Shown piece by piece: positions 45,340 through 53,458 of a DNA stretch of 64,000 bases. The notes under the pieces are model-generated. The model did not search any database and was not told the DNA's origin. It worked only from the letters and a program-made list of their open reading frames with translations. Each line of letters begins with the position of its first letter. Positions within the stretch are counted from its first letter, which is position 1. The translations under genes were made by a program, and so were the position numbers. The stretch comes from a virus. Where the stretch lies: the IMG/VR virus record IMGVR_UViG_3300037722_000380, positions 27,379 to 91,378 of that record; one strand, given 5' to 3'.

Positions 45340-46121
45340 ACCTTCTCATGTTCAAACCAGACGACCCCGGTCTCGTTGCCATCGGCATCTAGCTCGAAAA
45401 TCATATCCTGATAAAGATTTGGGAAACGCTTTTTCAGCTTAGTCGCTACGTCCAAAAACACCTTCCGAATCTCTTCTTCCGCACCCGCACTAGCCCGCAT
45501 TGCAATCATATGCCGCCACGCCCGATGATTGGCCGTGACAATGATATTTGTCGTTAGCCCAAGCGGAGCCATCCGGCGAAACGCGCTTGTAAGAAGTTTC
45601 TTTTTTGAAAAGCTATTTTCCGTATCGAGTCCGTGCTTATCGGCAAGCATCTTCTGAACCGCTTCTACGTGTTCGAACACGCCGATCAGAACAGCTTTAT
45701 CTTCGTCATCAAAAACGTCAGGCTCATACGCGCCGAGATCGGTCAGCCGGACATACCGTAGACTCTCTTGCGAGAATGCCGTACCCGCACGGTGCCGCAC
45801 GATCTCATGCGTGAACACACGACTGACATTGAGAAACGCAAATGTCACTGACGCGTGCTCTAGAACCGAACCATGATGTTGCTTCAAAATGTTTCCAAGA
45901 TATTCCCGGTTCCCTTCCCGAATCTTTTTGACATTCGGATTCAGGTTAGGCGCGAAGCTGCGATAACACAGCCGCCCCGCTATCTCGATAAGCTCTTCAG
46001 TATCGGTTGGCCCGTCAGGGATGTACTCTGTTGCGCCAATCTCATCGAGCATTACACAAATGTTTTCCAATAGCGTTGTCGTTTCGGCAATCATAATCGC
46101 CCTAGGCTTCTTGAACTTCAT
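45336..46121 (-). CDS. thyX: Flavin-dependent thymidylate synthase
   Basis: HGSVLEH, SRVFTHEIVRHRAGTAFSQESLRYV, NHRAWRH..AEEEIR. Confidence 0.95.
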   Translation of the reverse strand: MKFKKPRAIMIAETTTLLENICVMLDEIGATEYIPDGPTDTEELIEIAGRLCYRSFAPNLNPNVKKIREGNREYLGNILKQHHGSVLEHASVTFAFLNVSRVFTHEIVRHRAGTAFSQESLRYVRLTDLGAYEPDVFDDEDKAVLIGVFEHVEAVQKMLADKHGLDTENSFSKKKLLTSAFRRMAPLGLTTNIIVTANHRAWRHMIAMRASAGAEEEIRKVFLDVATKLKKRFPNLYQDMIFELDADGNETGVVWFEHEKV

Positions 46122-46459
46122 CCCTGTATCCTCCGAACATGCCGAATATCGTGCGCAATCCGTGCTGGGATACCACGATAAATGGGAACCATTTTCGTCA
46201 CCTTGCGCAGCATATCTTCAAGCTGCTTGTTTGCATCCGAAGGCTTGACCGATCCGTTTTCAATCAGCACGGCCAGTGCCCGGCGAACTTTTTCGAATTT
46301 AGACCGCATTCCCGCATTGAGAAAATGCCGCACGTACTTAGAGGGCTTAGGCATCTCCCATATAACCCGACCCTTGCGATCTTTCAAGGGTACGCCAAGC
46401 GCGTCAGTTATCAGATGAGCCCCCGGAACAATCTGCGAAGGCAGAAAGGCTTTCGTCAT
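46118..46459 (-). CDS. Hypothetical protein
   Basis: Start re-set to MTKAFL (TAATG overlap). Confidence 0.5.
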   Translation of the reverse strand: MTKAFLPSQIVPGAHLITDALGVPLKDRKGRVIWEMPKPSKYVRHFLNAGMRSKFEKVRRALAVLIENGSVKPSDANKQLEDMLRKVTKMVPIYRGIPARIAHDIRHVRRIQG

Positions 46460-46641
46460 TACCTGTTCCTCCACCAGTATTTGATGGCTCCGTAAAAAAT
46501 GACGGGCCATAGGATGACTGCGGCAACATAAAAAAGTAAGGTCATCTTACGGCCGGAGTCCTCAAAACCTTTAGCCCCAATTTCTACGATAGCCATTCCA
46601 AATAGAACATAACTAAGAATGCCTGTAATCATTTCAAACAT
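46459..46641 (-). CDS. Small membrane protein
   Basis: Two hydrophobic segments. Confidence 0.5.
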   Translation of the reverse strand: MFEMITGILSYVLFGMAIVEIGAKGFEDSGRKMTLLFYVAAVILWPVIFYGAIKYWWRNR

Positions 46642-46886
46642 GGCTCACGCCCATATTGGTCTCGAATGGCCCAAAATTCATGCTCTTCGATTCGCACCGT
46701 AGCGGTCGAAAGCATCGTCAAAGCATCCTCGGATTGCTGCCGCAGCTTTTCCGCAAATCGCTGTTGCACAGATTCTTGAGTCGGAAGTCCAAAGAAGGTG
46801 CGTTGTGAATTCACTGCATCCATAGTGTGCAGCGTCGCCCGAGCCGCCGCTAAAACCGCTATCGCAGGAAGCCAGCGTGCCGTCAC
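46629..46886 (-). CDS. Hypothetical protein
   Basis: GTGA overlap with MTase stop. Confidence 0.45.
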   Translation of the reverse strand: MTARWLPAIAVLAAARATLHTMDAVNSQRTFFGLPTQESVQQRFAEKLRQQSEDALTMLSTATVRIEEHEFWAIRDQYGREPCLK

Positions 46887-47497
46887 TTCTTTTTCCTGTA
46901 ATGAAACATTTGAGTAGGCGGTCCTGCTTGATTTGCGCACCAGATGAACCACGAAAAATTATGCCGGGGGCTAGCCTCGGGCTGATCCCGAAACCACCAA
47001 TCCCATAAAGGCCGCGTCGTCAAAACAATCTCGCCGTGATAGAACGGGCACTCTCCAAACATATCTATCCGGCGCTTGCCACGACAAAACTCCGCTCGCA
47101 TTAACATCGCTACAAAGTCGATATCCCCGATTGCTAGTAAGTCAAGCGCATGGCGCACAAACTTATCGGCGATTCCTTTCGGCTGATCATACGGCGGGTT
47201 CGTAACTATAGCCCGAGCTTGTGGGCAGGATGCTTCCAGAAAACTGACCGGCCCAAACCAAGAGCACATTCCAGTGTCGAATTCAGACAAGTCAAGATCG
47301 GATGCAATTACTTCATGCCCGAAATCTTGAAGTGCCCTGACCATATCCCCCCGGCCAGCGGCGGGCTCCCAAATTGGACCCGGAATATCGACAAGTTCCA
47401 GCAATGCACTGACAAGCCACGGGTGCGTCCAGTAGCGGTCTTTGGCGATCCGGTCGAAACCAGATTCGTATAGAGCGGGATCGTCACGCTTCGACAT
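46883..47497 (-). CDS. Amino (N6-A/N4-C) DNA methyltransferase
   Basis: IWEPAAGRG, ASDL, IVTNPPY. Confidence 0.85.
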   Translation of the reverse strand: MSKRDDPALYESGFDRIAKDRYWTHPWLVSALLELVDIPGPIWEPAAGRGDMVRALQDFGHEVIASDLDLSEFDTGMCSWFGPVSFLEASCPQARAIVTNPPYDQPKGIADKFVRHALDLLAIGDIDFVAMLMRAEFCRGKRRIDMFGECPFYHGEIVLTTRPLWDWWFRDQPEASPRHNFSWFIWCANQAGPPTQMFHYRKKK

Positions 47498-47685
47498 GCT
47501 TCGCCTTTGCTGCTGATTGAATTTCACGAACAAATTCTACGGCAGCGAACGTAGGAAGATTGGCTATTTTTGTCACCCCGTATAAGTTCACAATGCTGCG
47601 AATTTCATGCGTTGTTATCCGTTTAGCGTGGACAAGACGAATAAGCCACTCAGAAATCTCCACATGTATTTCTTTTGAAATCCGT

Positions 47686-47892
47686 TCAGGCCCGCCGAAG
47701 AAAGGTGGGGATATCGAGTAAATCCGGCTCATGCGTTACCTCGCTAATGTCTGCACCGGGGAACCGATCATCAAAATCTGTTTTAATAGCGTCCAACCGT
47801 TCTTTGATAATAGATGTACCCCGCACTAAGATTTCGTTTGTGCTCGGATCGCGAGCAACAACATCGAATAGTTCCGGAAACTCAGACATCAA
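47686..47892 (-). CDS. Hypothetical protein
   Basis: Ends DLLDIPTFLRRA; coupled. Confidence 0.5.
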   Translation of the reverse strand: MMSEFPELFDVVARDPSTNEILVRGTSIIKERLDAIKTDFDDRFPGADISEVTHEPDLLDIPTFLRRA

Positions 47893-48269
47893 TTCATCTT
47901 GTTGCGGTCTAACTTCGGTTCGGGTTTAACCGTCGCATCCTCTGGCTCACTGCCAAATAAAGCGGCTAGTGGATTTTGCGGAGGCTCACGCTCGATAATA
48001 AACGCGTCACCGAATTCTATATAAGACAAATCGAGGCCCCACTGAGGATTGTCCCACGTCTCTTCCGGAGGTAAATCACACGCAATTGCAAGTTGCCTCC
48101 AAACCGCCCTCAATTCGAGCCTCAAAGTGTCCTGGATTAATCCCTGCCGTGCCTTAAAATCTTCAGCAAGTTTGATATTAGCTTCTGTAGCAGCTTCGAC
48201 TATCGAGACCCAATTCTTGGCATAGCCGATAGCTTCCGCCGGAACCTTATGGATTTTAGGTTTAGCCAT
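47889..48269 (-). CDS. Hypothetical protein
   Basis: Coupled ORF. Confidence 0.55.
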   Translation of the reverse strand: MAKPKIHKVPAEAIGYAKNWVSIVEAATEANIKLAEDFKARQGLIQDTLRLELRAVWRQLAIACDLPPEETWDNPQWGLDLSYIEFGDAFIIEREPPQNPLAALFGSEPEDATVKPEPKLDRNKMN

Positions 48270-48543
48270 TCGGAAACTCCATCCTCTTCAATTTGATTAT
48301 TTGCTTTTGCAAAGATTCAATCTTAGCATCTCTCATCGTTACAGCCCGGCGCGCCGCACTCAGATAAGACCTGTGCCAGTCTTTATCTTCTCCGTGATAG
48401 TACACATCTCCGTGATAGTACACATTGTCCTGGTCCTGACTTTCGACAACTTTCACCATATCCGGGTTAACGTCGGCACAAATCTCCACGTCAGCCGTGA
48501 AAATTCCTTTCGTCAAGGCGTATTTCGTGATCCAGACTTGCAT
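48262..48543 (-). CDS. Conserved phage hypothetical protein
   Basis: MQVWITKYALTKGI..YHGEDKDWH..KIESLQKQI. Confidence 0.65.
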   Translation of the reverse strand: MQVWITKYALTKGIFTADVEICADVNPDMVKVVESQDQDNVYYHGDVYYHGEDKDWHRSYLSAARRAVTMRDAKIESLQKQIIKLKRMEFPNG

Positions 48544-48554
48544 CGGTGCGACTC

Positions 48555-48854
48555 CTAGTATGGGGGTTTAACTGCCAGCACGGCTTCTTTCACCGCCTGA
48601 AAATCGACTCCCCCAAGGTCATACACGGTTTGTGCCATGGAGTCAAATTTAAACCACATGCGGGCTTCCCGAATAATCCGAAAATGCGCCGCTATCTCGG
48701 ACATACCCGTCTGCCCTATGGCGTCGAGTGCCGCACGCAAGCATACTTCTCGCCATAGAAGCTCTTCGGGTGACCGGGGCTCGCTGATGAGCGAGAAGGC
48801 CCGCGCAACCCGCTCGGGAACATCTTCCGATGGGCTGTACGTCCTGCCGGGCAT
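48555..48854 (-). CDS. Hypothetical protein
   Basis: Coupled ORF. Confidence 0.5.
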   Translation of the reverse strand: MPGRTYSPSEDVPERVARAFSLISEPRSPEELLWREVCLRAALDAIGQTGMSEIAAHFRIIREARMWFKFDSMAQTVYDLGGVDFQAVKEAVLAVKPPY

Positions 48855-49124
48855 CTAAGGCTTGCACGCGATAGCCTCCGGACGGTCGATCACATTCGGG
48901 GAAGCTGATGCGGGTTCGGGCAGTTGATGAGCCCGATCTAGCACTACTGCATAATCGACGGTTACGACGTGTTGCACCTGTTGAACTTCGGGGTGCTGTA
49001 TCGTTTCGTGGATGAAGAACGGTTCGCAGGTGTGTAGCCGCCATCCCTCGCGACCAAGCTCATTGAGCAAGGCTTCAAGATCGGTGCCGGAAGCGTGGAG
49101 AACCTTGTACTCGAAAGTTACCAT
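48855..49124 (-). CDS. DUF4177-like small protein
   Basis: FEYKVL..LEALLNELGREGWRL. Confidence 0.6.
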   Translation of the reverse strand: MVTFEYKVLHASGTDLEALLNELGREGWRLHTCEPFFIHETIQHPEVQQVQHVVTVDYAVVLDRAHQLPEPASASPNVIDRPEAIACKP

Positions 49125-49132
49125 TTCGCAGC

Positions 49133-49161
49133 ACCATATCCCGTTTTGCCGTAAAAGTCAA
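49133..49161 (-). promoter_or_regulatory. GGCAA-type promoter just downstream of pentamer array
   Basis: TTGACT-tttac-GGCAA-aacggga-TATGGT. Confidence 0.6.
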
Positions 49162-49170
49162 TGTTTATAT

Positions 49171-49416
49171 AAACCATGCCACGCCGAGCCACGCCCCGCC
49201 CTGCCTTGCCTCGCCGGACCTTGCCTGCCACGCCATGCCTGCCCTGCCTCGCCCGACCATGCCTCGCCCGACCATGCCGCGCCCGGCCACACCTTGCCCC
49301 GCCTTGCCGAGCCGGACCCCGCCTGCCCTGCCGCGCCGAGCCTCACCCGACCATGCCTGCCCTGCCTCGCCCGACCAAGCCCGACCTTGCCGCGCCTTGC
49401 CGAGCCTCGCCACGCC
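49171..49416 (-). repeat. GGY-NN pentamer array (candidate guide RNA array, VIPR-like)
   Basis: 50 GGC/GGT triplets on minus strand, each followed by a variable dinucleotide (46) or a single A (4); starts 16 nt after the RAMP-like gene stop. Confidence 0.9.
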
Positions 49417-49432
49417 TCGTATCAAAAAAGAG

Positions 49433-50050
49433 TTACGCCGGAGTGGATGCCAGCCGGAACCGACCGTATTCACCACCCCTCTCCGGACGCCATTCACATA
49501 AACCGACTCCGAACCCAGCCCGGTTGATAAGATTTGCGATGTCATTGACTGTGAGCAAATCCGCGTCATATTCGAGGTCAAACGTGACGCTCCACTTGGG
49601 AAATTCCGGACGATAACGAAGATCGGTTGAACCCTGACCAACACGAACATAATCTTCGCGCATCACGGGCTTATCACAAATCATCGGAAGTACACCGTTA
49701 GCGTCGTCACAGGGAAGAAACAACGCCTTCCGAACCAGAGTCTTTTCGACACCCAAATCCTTGTGTGCGGCTCCAATTATCGCAGCTTTCAGAGCCAGGA
49801 CCGGAACTCCGTGCCGACCGTCTTCGGTACGATACATGGCCGATTCGAATTCGGCCTTGGGATCGCGGATATCCCGCTCTTTCGTCTTTCGTCCTGCGTG
49901 CTTAGCCCGCATCTGCTCCTTAGCCTTCTCAGCCCACTTATGCTGAATCAGGCTAGACCGGCTCTCGATTGTCAGCGTAAGCCGGTTCTCTTTAACCGCC
50001 GGGATACTTGCCTCAATGGCCTTCGTTTCGGCAACTTTCGCCTTCGCCAT
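49433..50050 (-). CDS. Stand-alone RAMP/Cas7-like protein (Vipr-like)
   Basis: LTLTIESRSSLIQH; HGVPVLALKAAII (cf. IPGSSLKGALR); thumb MREDYVRVGQGSTDLRYRPEF; G-loop RAGFGVGLCEWRPERGGEYGRF; AAGGAG RBS. Confidence 0.7.
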   Translation of the reverse strand: MAKAKVAETKAIEASIPAVKENRLTLTIESRSSLIQHKWAEKAKEQMRAKHAGRKTKERDIRDPKAEFESAMYRTEDGRHGVPVLALKAAIIGAAHKDLGVEKTLVRKALFLPCDDANGVLPMICDKPVMREDYVRVGQGSTDLRYRPEFPKWSVTFDLEYDADLLTVNDIANLINRAGFGVGLCEWRPERGGEYGRFRLASTPA

Positions 50051-50116
50051 ATTAATATCTCCTTTCAAGCGCGTGCAATTGAAATGGCTGCACGCATCGC
50101 CACAACAGAAGCTACG

Positions 50117-50650
50117 TTACCGTAACCGGTTCAACTCTTCATGGGCTTTAGTAATATGGTCATCCGCCGCCGCAACGACAGGGCGAACGGCTTTACTTGA
50201 AATAGACAAAAGTTCACGTACTGCAAGCTGAGCCCCGTTAAGCCGATGCTGAGCACTATCGAGAGCCCGTGCAAATTTATCCGAATCCTTTATCAGCGTC
50301 GCCGGGCTGGCATAGGTTCCGGACGAGCCGTATTTATGGTTCTTTGGAGGAACATGAACGAAGCCTTTGATCGTCTCATTCTTCGGTTGATGCGGTGTCA
50401 TTTTCACCACGACCCGGATAGAACCGATCAAATACCGCGCTTGGTCTAGCCGATGCGCCCGAGCCGCCGCAGTATCGTCCCACGTAAAGGCCAAGTGCAT
50501 CGGCGACTTCGGATCAGAAGCTTCTTTAACGACATTTTCTGCGGTCAAAGCCTGCTTTTGTTCCAGTTGATCAAGAACCGGTCCGACCTTATTCGGGTCT
50601 ACTGCCTTTGGAAGCCGAGTTCCTTCCCGAAATTCATAGCGACGCGTCAT
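50117..50650 (-). CDS. Accessory protein co-transcribed with RAMP-like gene
   Basis: LTAENVVKEASDPKSPMHLAFTWDDTAAARAHRLDQARYLIGSIRVV; GGAGG RBS. Confidence 0.65.
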   Translation of the reverse strand: MTRRYEFREGTRLPKAVDPNKVGPVLDQLEQKQALTAENVVKEASDPKSPMHLAFTWDDTAAARAHRLDQARYLIGSIRVVVKMTPHQPKNETIKGFVHVPPKNHKYGSSGTYASPATLIKDSDKFARALDSAQHRLNGAQLAVRELLSISSKAVRPVVAAADDHITKAHEELNRLR

Positions 50651-50683
50651 TCGTACCTCCATCTTTGAATCAAGTTAGGCTGA

Positions 50684-50713
50684 TTGGTAGCATATGTTGC
50701 CCACGTAGTCAAG
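50684..50713 (-). promoter_or_regulatory. GGCAA-type promoter of RAMP-like operon
   Basis: CTTGACT-acgtg-GGCAA-catatgc-TACCAA. Confidence 0.65.
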
Positions 50714-50720
50714 AAGAATT

Positions 50721-51203
50721 TTACTTCGTCCGTGGACGATTCCAAACTTCGAGAACCCGACCCTGACCTTCCAGTATATTGGTCAATCGGTTCCAAAGCG
50801 CATCGCGATCATTAGCGCCGTAACCGAGAGCATACGCCGCTTTTTTGGCATCTTCCCGCGACAACCCCGCCCGTTTAGCGAGTAGAGTATAAACATCTTC
50901 CGAGTCCTCGCCCCCGATAAGTTTCGGCTGAAGTTCCTTGAACCCATTGGGAATTCCGCGCTCGTTGCGGTAAATAAGAAATCGCGCAAACTGAGACGGA
51001 CGGCAGATAATCGTAATTCCTGTCCATACGCCGCTAGTCAAAGCCAGAAACTCCTTTTCTGTTATTCCAAAAGCATCATGGAGAAGAGCGACCACTTTAG
51101 AAGCCTCTCTATTATGAGTACGCCTTCCATTTGGCTCCATTTGATACCAATAGGATGACGGAATATAAAACTTCACGCGGTCAGTGCTCATCTTATCGGT
51201 CAT
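50721..51203 (-). CDS. Hypothetical protein
   Basis: GGAGG RBS, TAATG overlap. Confidence 0.55.
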   Translation of the reverse strand: MTDKMSTDRVKFYIPSSYWYQMEPNGRRTHNREASKVVALLHDAFGITEKEFLALTSGVWTGITIICRPSQFARFLIYRNERGIPNGFKELQPKLIGGEDSEDVYTLLAKRAGLSREDAKKAAYALGYGANDRDALWNRLTNILEGQGRVLEVWNRPRTK

Positions 51204-51493
51204 TACTTCCTCCTGAGTTTCCAAAGACCCCTGATCGACAATATGAAAAGAACCACTTGCTGAGCGAGCCAGGAATACGAGCCGTCATTAATTGCAACAG
51301 CGGCCCATAATATACAAGCCCCTATACAAAACCACCAACCCGCGACGTATTTCTTGTCGCTCATTAAGTAGATTTGCGCCATGACTGCTGCCACGGCCAA
51401 CCAACCGGTGATCGTTAGTACGAGTTCCAACCCTAATCTCCATAGAATATATGCAGGCCGATTTGGCAGTGCTTCTTCAGATTGAAGGACCAA
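51203..51493 (-). CDS. Small membrane protein
   Basis: Three hydrophobic, Trp-rich segments; start uncertain. Confidence 0.55.
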   Translation of the reverse strand: MVLQSEEALPNRPAYILWRLGLELVLTITGWLAVAAVMAQIYLMSDKKYVAGWWFCIGACILWAAVAINDGSYSWLAQQVVLFILSIRGLWKLRRK

Positions 51494-51894
51494 TCAGGTG
51501 TAATATATTCAGCGTGATACCACAGCACCCGACCGCAGGGCCGATAGCCTGTACGCGCAAGATCGACGGCAAGCCGGGCTTGCGTGATTTGAGTCTGCGA
51601 GTAGTCCCTAAGTCGCAGCCCCATACCCGTAAACTGCCGCGACTGGTAAATGACAGCGTGTTCCGTTTCCGGCCAGCGGCTATCCGACATACGATCAAGT
51701 GCGACACCCGCGACGGCGGCTTGCCCTCGCAACGACTCGTTTGCCGCCTCTTGCAACACCATCCGAACGATGGGCTCGGTATGAGTTAACGGCGTGAACT
51801 CTGCGCCCACGGCATGACGCACATTGCAAGATACCCACGCAATGAACATCACGAAGAAAGCGCAAGTCCAGAACATCGTCCAACCCCTGGGCAT
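51433..51894 (-). CDS. SleB-like cell wall hydrolase (Hydrolase_2)
   Basis: QEAANESLRGQAAVAGVALDR..VIYQSRQFT..WYHA..QIGLHIFY; N-terminal signal-like segment. Confidence 0.85.
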   Translation of the reverse strand: MPRGWTMFWTCAFFVMFIAWVSCNVRHAVGAEFTPLTHTEPIVRMVLQEAANESLRGQAAVAGVALDRMSDSRWPETEHAVIYQSRQFTGMGLRLRDYSQTQITQARLAVDLARTGYRPCGRVLWYHAEYITPDWSFNLKKHCQIGLHIFYGD

Positions 51895-51903
51895 CTTGAC
51901 CTC

Positions 51904-52323
51904 CTACGGATGCAATGGGTAATCGGCGAGAATCGGCGCGAGAACCTGCCGGGGACCGAACACATACCCACATGTCGCCATGTGAAGAAAATGAACAACC
52001 CTCCCGTCTTGCACCGGATAGCTCGGATCGAAAATTACTTCTGCCGAGACGAACTTACGCGTTCCCGGAATTTGAACGTACCGTGCCTCATCCACTACCT
52101 TTAAAAGGTCAGCCTCGCTCGGGATCGCGAGTACGATAGTCGTTCCAAAGCCCTGCTCGGTTTCCCGGCACCATTCTCCGCCAAGGAACCCCGCGCCGCC
52201 GTACTTCTGGACTATCTTCTTTGAGAAAGCCGCCTGGGCATGTGCAGCTTGCGCCATGGCCTTCCCCGGATTGAGAGAAGCCAAGTCAGTACGCATGAGG
52301 ATATAGAGAATCGGGTCAAGCAT
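51904..52323 (-). CDS. Peptidyl-tRNA hydrolase PTH2-like
   Basis: LYILMRTDL..PGKAMAQAAHA..IVLAI..TCGYVFGP. Confidence 0.75.
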   Translation of the reverse strand: MLDPILYILMRTDLASLNPGKAMAQAAHAQAAFSKKIVQKYGGAGFLGGEWCRETEQGFGTTIVLAIPSEADLLKVVDEARYVQIPGTRKFVSAEVIFDPSYPVQDGRVVHFLHMATCGYVFGPRQVLAPILADYPLHP

Positions 52324-52489
52324 TGGGCAGTCCCTCCATAATCGCCGCCACGGCGCGAGTGTAAGACGCGCTTACGGAAAGTCCCGACGACTCCTGATCG
52401 CTGGCATGGCGATATACATCTTGTGCAGACAGGCCGAACCCGAGGCATTTCTGCGCCGCCGTCGTCAAATTCTCGCTATCCCAGGTCAT
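52316..52489 (-). CDS. Small hypothetical protein (57 aa, not in ORF track)
   Basis: Hand translation MTWDSENLTTAAQKCLG..; fills gap. Confidence 0.4.
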   Translation of the reverse strand: MTWDSENLTTAAQKCLGFGLSAQDVYRHASDQESSGLSVSASYTRAVAAIMEGLPNA

Positions 52490-52492
52490 GGT

Positions 52493-52645
52493 TCAAATTT
52501 CCTCCACACATTGCAGGGTACAATCCTCGCAACAATTGCAATATTCTGGATCATCGTCATCATTGATATCGCTTGCATACGGACATGAGTGCATGTCGCC
52601 CGCCGGGTTGCCGCATTTACACAATCTCGGTTTTTCGAAGTCCAT
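52493..52645 (-). CDS. 50-aa Cys-rich microprotein (not in ORF track)
   Basis: MDFEKPRLCKCGNPAGDMHSCPYASDINDDDDPEYCNCCEDCTLQCVEEI; GGAGG RBS. Confidence 0.65.
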   Translation of the reverse strand: MDFEKPRLCKCGNPAGDMHSCPYASDINDDDDPEYCNCCEDCTLQCVEEI

Positions 52646-52697
52646 TACCGCCTCCGAAAGGACTTATCAAATTCAGCAAGCAGTGACTTGGTAACGC

Positions 52698-52883
52698 TTA
52701 GCCATAGATATCCTCAATCATATGAAAGGTCCGACCGATAGCACGTTCGGACACACACGTTTGACGCGGCGGGTCACCCTCTGCCATCATCCAAAAACCG
52801 ACACTTGGATCATAGCTTAAACATGAATAGACACGTCCGTCCCACGCTTTGAATCGTTTTCCGATTATAAAAAACGCGTCCAT
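52698..52883 (-). CDS. Hypothetical protein
   Basis: TAATG overlap with upstream MTase. Confidence 0.45.
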   Translation of the reverse strand: MDAFFIIGKRFKAWDGRVYSCLSYDPSVGFWMMAEGDPPRQTCVSERAIGRTFHMIEDIYG

Positions 52884-53458
52884 TACCGACTCCGCTCGCA
52901 AAGTTCCCGACACCAAGAATTCTGCCACTCGGTACGCCGCCCGTACTTCCGGTGCAGCCGGTGCATCGACGGGAGATTGTCGCCGCAGATAGTATCCCAA
53001 ATGTCATGCCAGACCGCACCGTAGCGCACGCCCTTGGGCGGCTGATATTCGAAAGCATCCGCTAGAATAATCTGAACGCGGTTATCTTTGGAGAAAGACG
53101 GCGCAACGAGAACGATTACATCCTCGGACTTCTCGATAACCGTCACCCGCTCGACTTCGGGCTTCTCCAAGACCATTTGAAGGCAAACCCCAAGCCCGAG
53201 CCCGTTGATGAGAACGTGCCCCCAAGCCCGATTGACAAACCATATATGATCCCGGATTTCCGCCGGAGTATCGGTCATGATGACTGCGCCATTCCGAGTC
53301 AAGCGCGTATAAGTGCCTGGGTCTAAATTCCGACCACCGGGATGAAACGCCGCGCGAAGATTGAAGATGACCAACTCTTCCTCAGTCACCGTGAACCGCT
53401 CGACGCGCCACGGGCCGCTGACCCCCTCCGGGACGACTGACTGTACACGGTTCCTCAC
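52883..53458 (-). CDS. Spermidine-synthase-like SAM-dependent methyltransferase
   Basis: VLINGLGLG..VTVIEKSEDVI..ADAF..WHDIW. Confidence 0.7.
   Translation of the reverse strand: MRNRVQSVVPEGVSGPWRVERFTVTEEELVIFNLRAAFHPGGRNLDPGTYTRLTRNGAVIMTDTPAEIRDHIWFVNRAWGHVLINGLGLGVCLQMVLEKPEVERVTVIEKSEDVIVLVAPSFSKDNRVQIILADAFEYQPPKGVRYGAVWHDIWDTICGDNLPSMHRLHRKYGRRTEWQNSWCRELCERSR

Noticed and set aside
49171-49416. Array as CRISPR or simple microsatellite
   Set aside because: No 23-47-nt repeats with unique spacers; the dinucleotides are too diverse for a slippage microsatellite
49012-49650. Five overlapping Pro/Arg/Gly-rich ORFs across the pentamer array
   Set aside because: They are by-products of a stop-free GGY-NN repeat in several frames; no RBS, and they overlap the RAMP-like gene
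49133-50713. Link between the promoter spacer GGCAA and the array unit GGC-AA
   Set aside because: A 5-nt identity is expected by chance; nothing else supports it
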